DNA of 64,000 bases from a candidate division FCPU426 bacterium (GTDB lineage Bacteria; Oederibacteriota; Muellerivitia; Muellerivitales; Muellerivitaceae), in NCBI GenBank assembly GCA_963796105.1, contig CAWCKJ010000010.1:96001-160000 (forward strand). The letters run 5' to 3'. The notes below the pieces were generated by a model. It did no database searches, was not told the DNA's origin, and saw only the letters and a program-made list of their open reading frames with translations. Within the stretch, counting starts at the first letter, position 1. Each line of letters opens with the position of its first letter. Positions 61,534-64,000 of the stretch are shown here, in pieces. The translations under genes were made by a program, and so were the position numbers.

Positions 61534-62793
61534 GTGCAAAAGATCCTCGTAAAAGGCGGCAAGACCCTCCAGGGAACGGTGGAAATCAGCGGGTCTAAAA
61601 ACGCCACTTTGCCCGTCATGACCGCCGCCCTCCTGGGAAACAGCCCATCGACCATTCGTAACGTTCCTTACCTGAACGATATCAAGACCATGGCTCAAGT
61701 GTTGAGGACCCTCGGGCCCAAGGTCGAGTTGGAGGACCATCAGCTTCACATCGACCCAGCGAGTTTCAACCGCTTTGAGGCTCCCTATGAGTTGGTCAAG
61801 ACCATGCGCGCCTCCATTTACTCCTTGGGTGCGTGCCTGGCCCGCCTGGGCGAGGCCAAGGTTTCGCTTCCCGGAGGCTGTGCCATCGGCGCCAGACCCA
61901 TCGACCTGCATTTGAAAGGTGTCGAGCAGTTGGGCGCCGAGGTTTCCATCGAGCATGGTTTTGTCCATGCCAAAGCTTTGAAACTGAGGGGAACCACCCT
62001 TCATTTGGCAGGGCCCCACGGTCCCAGTGTGGGAGCGACAGTCAACGTCCTTATGGCCGCCACGGCGGCCGAGGGGACAACGGTTATCGAATCAGCCTCC
62101 TCTGAGCCGGAAGTCACGGACCTGGTCGATTTTTTAAACGCCATGGGAGCTGGAATCGAGGGAAGGGGAACCTCCCGCCTGGTCATTCCCGGGAAAAGAA
62201 CACTGAGGGGAGTCGAGTATTCGGTGATCCCGGACCGGGTGGAAGCCGGGACTTTCATGGCCGCGGCCGCCATCACCAGGGGAAACGTGCTGATGAAGGA
62301 CTGCAAACCCGAACACTTGGGGGCCGTGATAGACCGTTTGAGGCATATCGGTATAACTGTTGATGAGGAAAAGGATGGACTCAGGGTGAGGGGCAATGGG
62401 AATTACAAGCCCGCCAACGTGATGGTCTTGCCCTATCCTGGCTTTCCAACGGACATGCAGGCGCAGATGATGGCTTTGCTTTGTATGGTGAACGGGGCGA
62501 GCCTTATCACCGAAACCATCTGGGAGAACAGGTTCATGCACGTCTTCGAGTTGAACCGCATGGGGGCGGACATCACTATCGACCGGAGCCACGCGATGGT
62601 GAGAGGGGTGGGTAAGCTGACCGGCGCGCCGGTCATGGCCTCGGACCTCAGGGCGAGCGCGGCATTGATACTGGCGGGGCTGGTGGCCGAGGGCGAAACC
62701 ATGGTCCAGCGCATTTACCACTTGGACCGGGGATATGAGAGAATCGAGCAGAAACTTTCCGCGCTTGGGGCGGACGTGAAAAGAATCAATTAA
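61534..62793 (+). CDS. murA: UDP-GlcNAc 1-carboxyvinyltransferase
   Basis: SGSKNA.LP, LPGGCAIGARP, SVGAT, PGFPTDMQAQ, DLRA, DRGYE. Confidence 0.98.
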   Translation: MQKILVKGGKTLQGTVEISGSKNATLPVMTAALLGNSPSTIRNVPYLNDIKTMAQVLRTLGPKVELEDHQLHIDPASFNRFEAPYELVKTMRASIYSLGACLARLGEAKVSLPGGCAIGARPIDLHLKGVEQLGAEVSIEHGFVHAKALKLRGTTLHLAGPHGPSVGATVNVLMAATAAEGTTVIESASSEPEVTDLVDFLNAMGAGIEGRGTSRLVIPGKRTLRGVEYSVIPDRVEAGTFMAAAAITRGNVLMKDCKPEHLGAVIDRLRHIGITVDEEKDGLRVRGNGNYKPANVMVLPYPGFPTDMQAQMMALLCMVNGASLITETIWENRFMHVFELNRMGADITIDRSHAMVRGVGKLTGAPVMASDLRASAALILAGLVAEGETMVQRIYHLDRGYERIEQKLSALGADVKRIN

Positions 62794-62881
62794 TAATTAA
62801 AAATGAAGAATGTACAATGGAGTGAAATTCCCGTGCGAATATTACATTCATTTTGCATTTTTCATTCTAAATTGAGTTTTT
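62793..62881. repeat. AT-rich ~7-nt-period inverted repeat (family 4)
   Basis: AATTAAAAATGAAGAATGTACAATG ... CATTCATTTTGCATTTTTCATTCTAAATT. Confidence 0.5.
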
Positions 62882-62891
62882 GAGGAGCCGA

Positions 62892-64000
62892 ATGCGCATA
62901 CTCGACTATAACAAATCAAAAGACCGAATCTTGATCGAACGGTTGTTGAGAAGGGAACCCTTACTCAAACTCAAGGGGGCTGGAAGCCGGTCGGCCTTGA
63001 CACGCAAGGTTTTCGGCAAGGATTTGACTCCCGAACAAGCGGTAGAGCGCATTGTGGAAGACGTGCGGCGAAAAGGCGATTCCGCCCTTTTCGCTTATTG
63101 CCGAAAATTCGACGGTTTTACCGCCACAGCGAAGAATATCCGTGTCATGGCTGGTGAAATCAAGCAAGCCTTGAAATCCCTGGCCCCGGCTGTGAAGACC
63201 GCCATCCAGGTGACCATTAAAAATGTTAGGGCTTTTCATTCCAAGGAAAAACCCGCCGATTGGTATCACGACAGCCCTGGAATGGGATTGGGACAGCGCT
63301 GGACCCCCCTGGACCGGGCTGGGCTCTATGTGCCCGGGGGGCTGGCATCTTATCCCTCGTCCGTCATCATGAACGTCATTCCCGCGAAGGTGGCGGGTGT
63401 CAAACAAATCGTCCTGGTCACCCCCGTCAAGAAAGACGGCAAGGTTAACTCGGCTGTTTTAGCGGCGGCACACCTGTCAGGGGCGGACACTATCCTCAAG
63501 ATTGGCGGGGCTCAAGCGGTAGCGGCCCTGGCTTATGGCACTCAGTCGGTTCCCGCGATGGACAAGATCAGCGGACCCAGCAACCTTTTTGTGGCCCTGG
63601 CCAAGCGGAAAGTGTTCGGGCAGGTCGGGATAGACGGCTTTCCCGGACCCAGCGAGGTTTTGATCCTGGCAGACGGCACGGTGAATGCCGCCTGGGCTGC
63701 GGCTGATCTTTTGGCCCAGGCCGAGCACGATGAAATGGCCATGCCCCTCCTGGCCACTTTCAACCGCGATTACGCAAACGAAACGGTTTTGGAAGTGGAA
63801 GAGCAGCTGCAAATCCTGAAACGCGAAAATATCGCGGCTGATTCCTTGAAAAGCCGGGGCGCGGTTATCCTTGTCAAGAATCGGAAGCAGGCGCAGGAAT
63901 TCGCCGATCGTTTCGCGCCGGAGCACTTGGAAATCCTGGCAAAAGACGCAAAATCCTGGCTCTCAGGATTGCGGCACGCGGGCGCCATTTTCATTGGCCC
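62892..64000 (+). CDS. hisD: Histidinol dehydrogenase (3' truncated; absent from the ORF track)
   Basis: RBS GAGGAG, ATG 62892; GLYVPGG.A.YPSSV.MN, GGAQAVAALAYG, GPSEV, AQAEHD, APEHL. Confidence 0.95.
   Translation, partial: MRILDYNKSKDRILIERLLRREPLLKLKGAGSRSALTRKVFGKDLTPEQAVERIVEDVRRKGDSALFAYCRKFDGFTATAKNIRVMAGEIKQALKSLAPAVKTAIQVTIKNVRAFHSKEKPADWYHDSPGMGLGQRWTPLDRAGLYVPGGLASYPSSVIMNVIPAKVAGVKQIVLVTPVKKDGKVNSAVLAAAHLSGADTILKIGGAQAVAALAYGTQSVPAMDKISGPSNLFVALAKRKVFGQVGIDGFPGPSEVLILADGTVNAAWAAADLLAQAEHDEMAMPLLATFNRDYANETVLEVEEQLQILKRENIAADSLKSRGAVILVKNRKQAQEFADRFAPEHLEILAKDAKSWLSGLRHAGAIFIG

Overview
Bacterial chromosomal segment from a diderm organism with LPS and type IV pili, probably an uncultured lineage; taxonomy cannot be fixed from the sequence alone. 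It is mostly + strand housekeeping genes: pilQ end, aroC/K/B, a TPR-roadblock and MglC-like pair, ftsB, three tRNAs, folate genes, metF, tilS-ftsH-folE-folP-cdaA-cdaR-pdxJ, alaS-ruvX, mltG, a xylose locus, an msbA/heptose/Kdo cluster, pyrG, rnhA, rnpB, murA and partial hisD. Accessory content includes two intact IS elements with readable TIRs and TSDs (IS1595, IS4), a higBA toxin-antitoxin pair, and two genes broken by single-base frameshifts. The most unusual features are (1) a ~1.3 kb non-coding block of three tandem arrays between ruvX and mltG, two with ~21.5-bp period and a shared end motif; (2) several families of gene-less intergenic palindromic elements, one with its inner cassette inverted between copies; (3) duplicated split heptose kinase/nucleotidyltransferase pairs; and (4) an uncharacterised alpha/alpha-barrel-like protein in the xylose locus. 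Product calls rest on motif recognition, not database searches.
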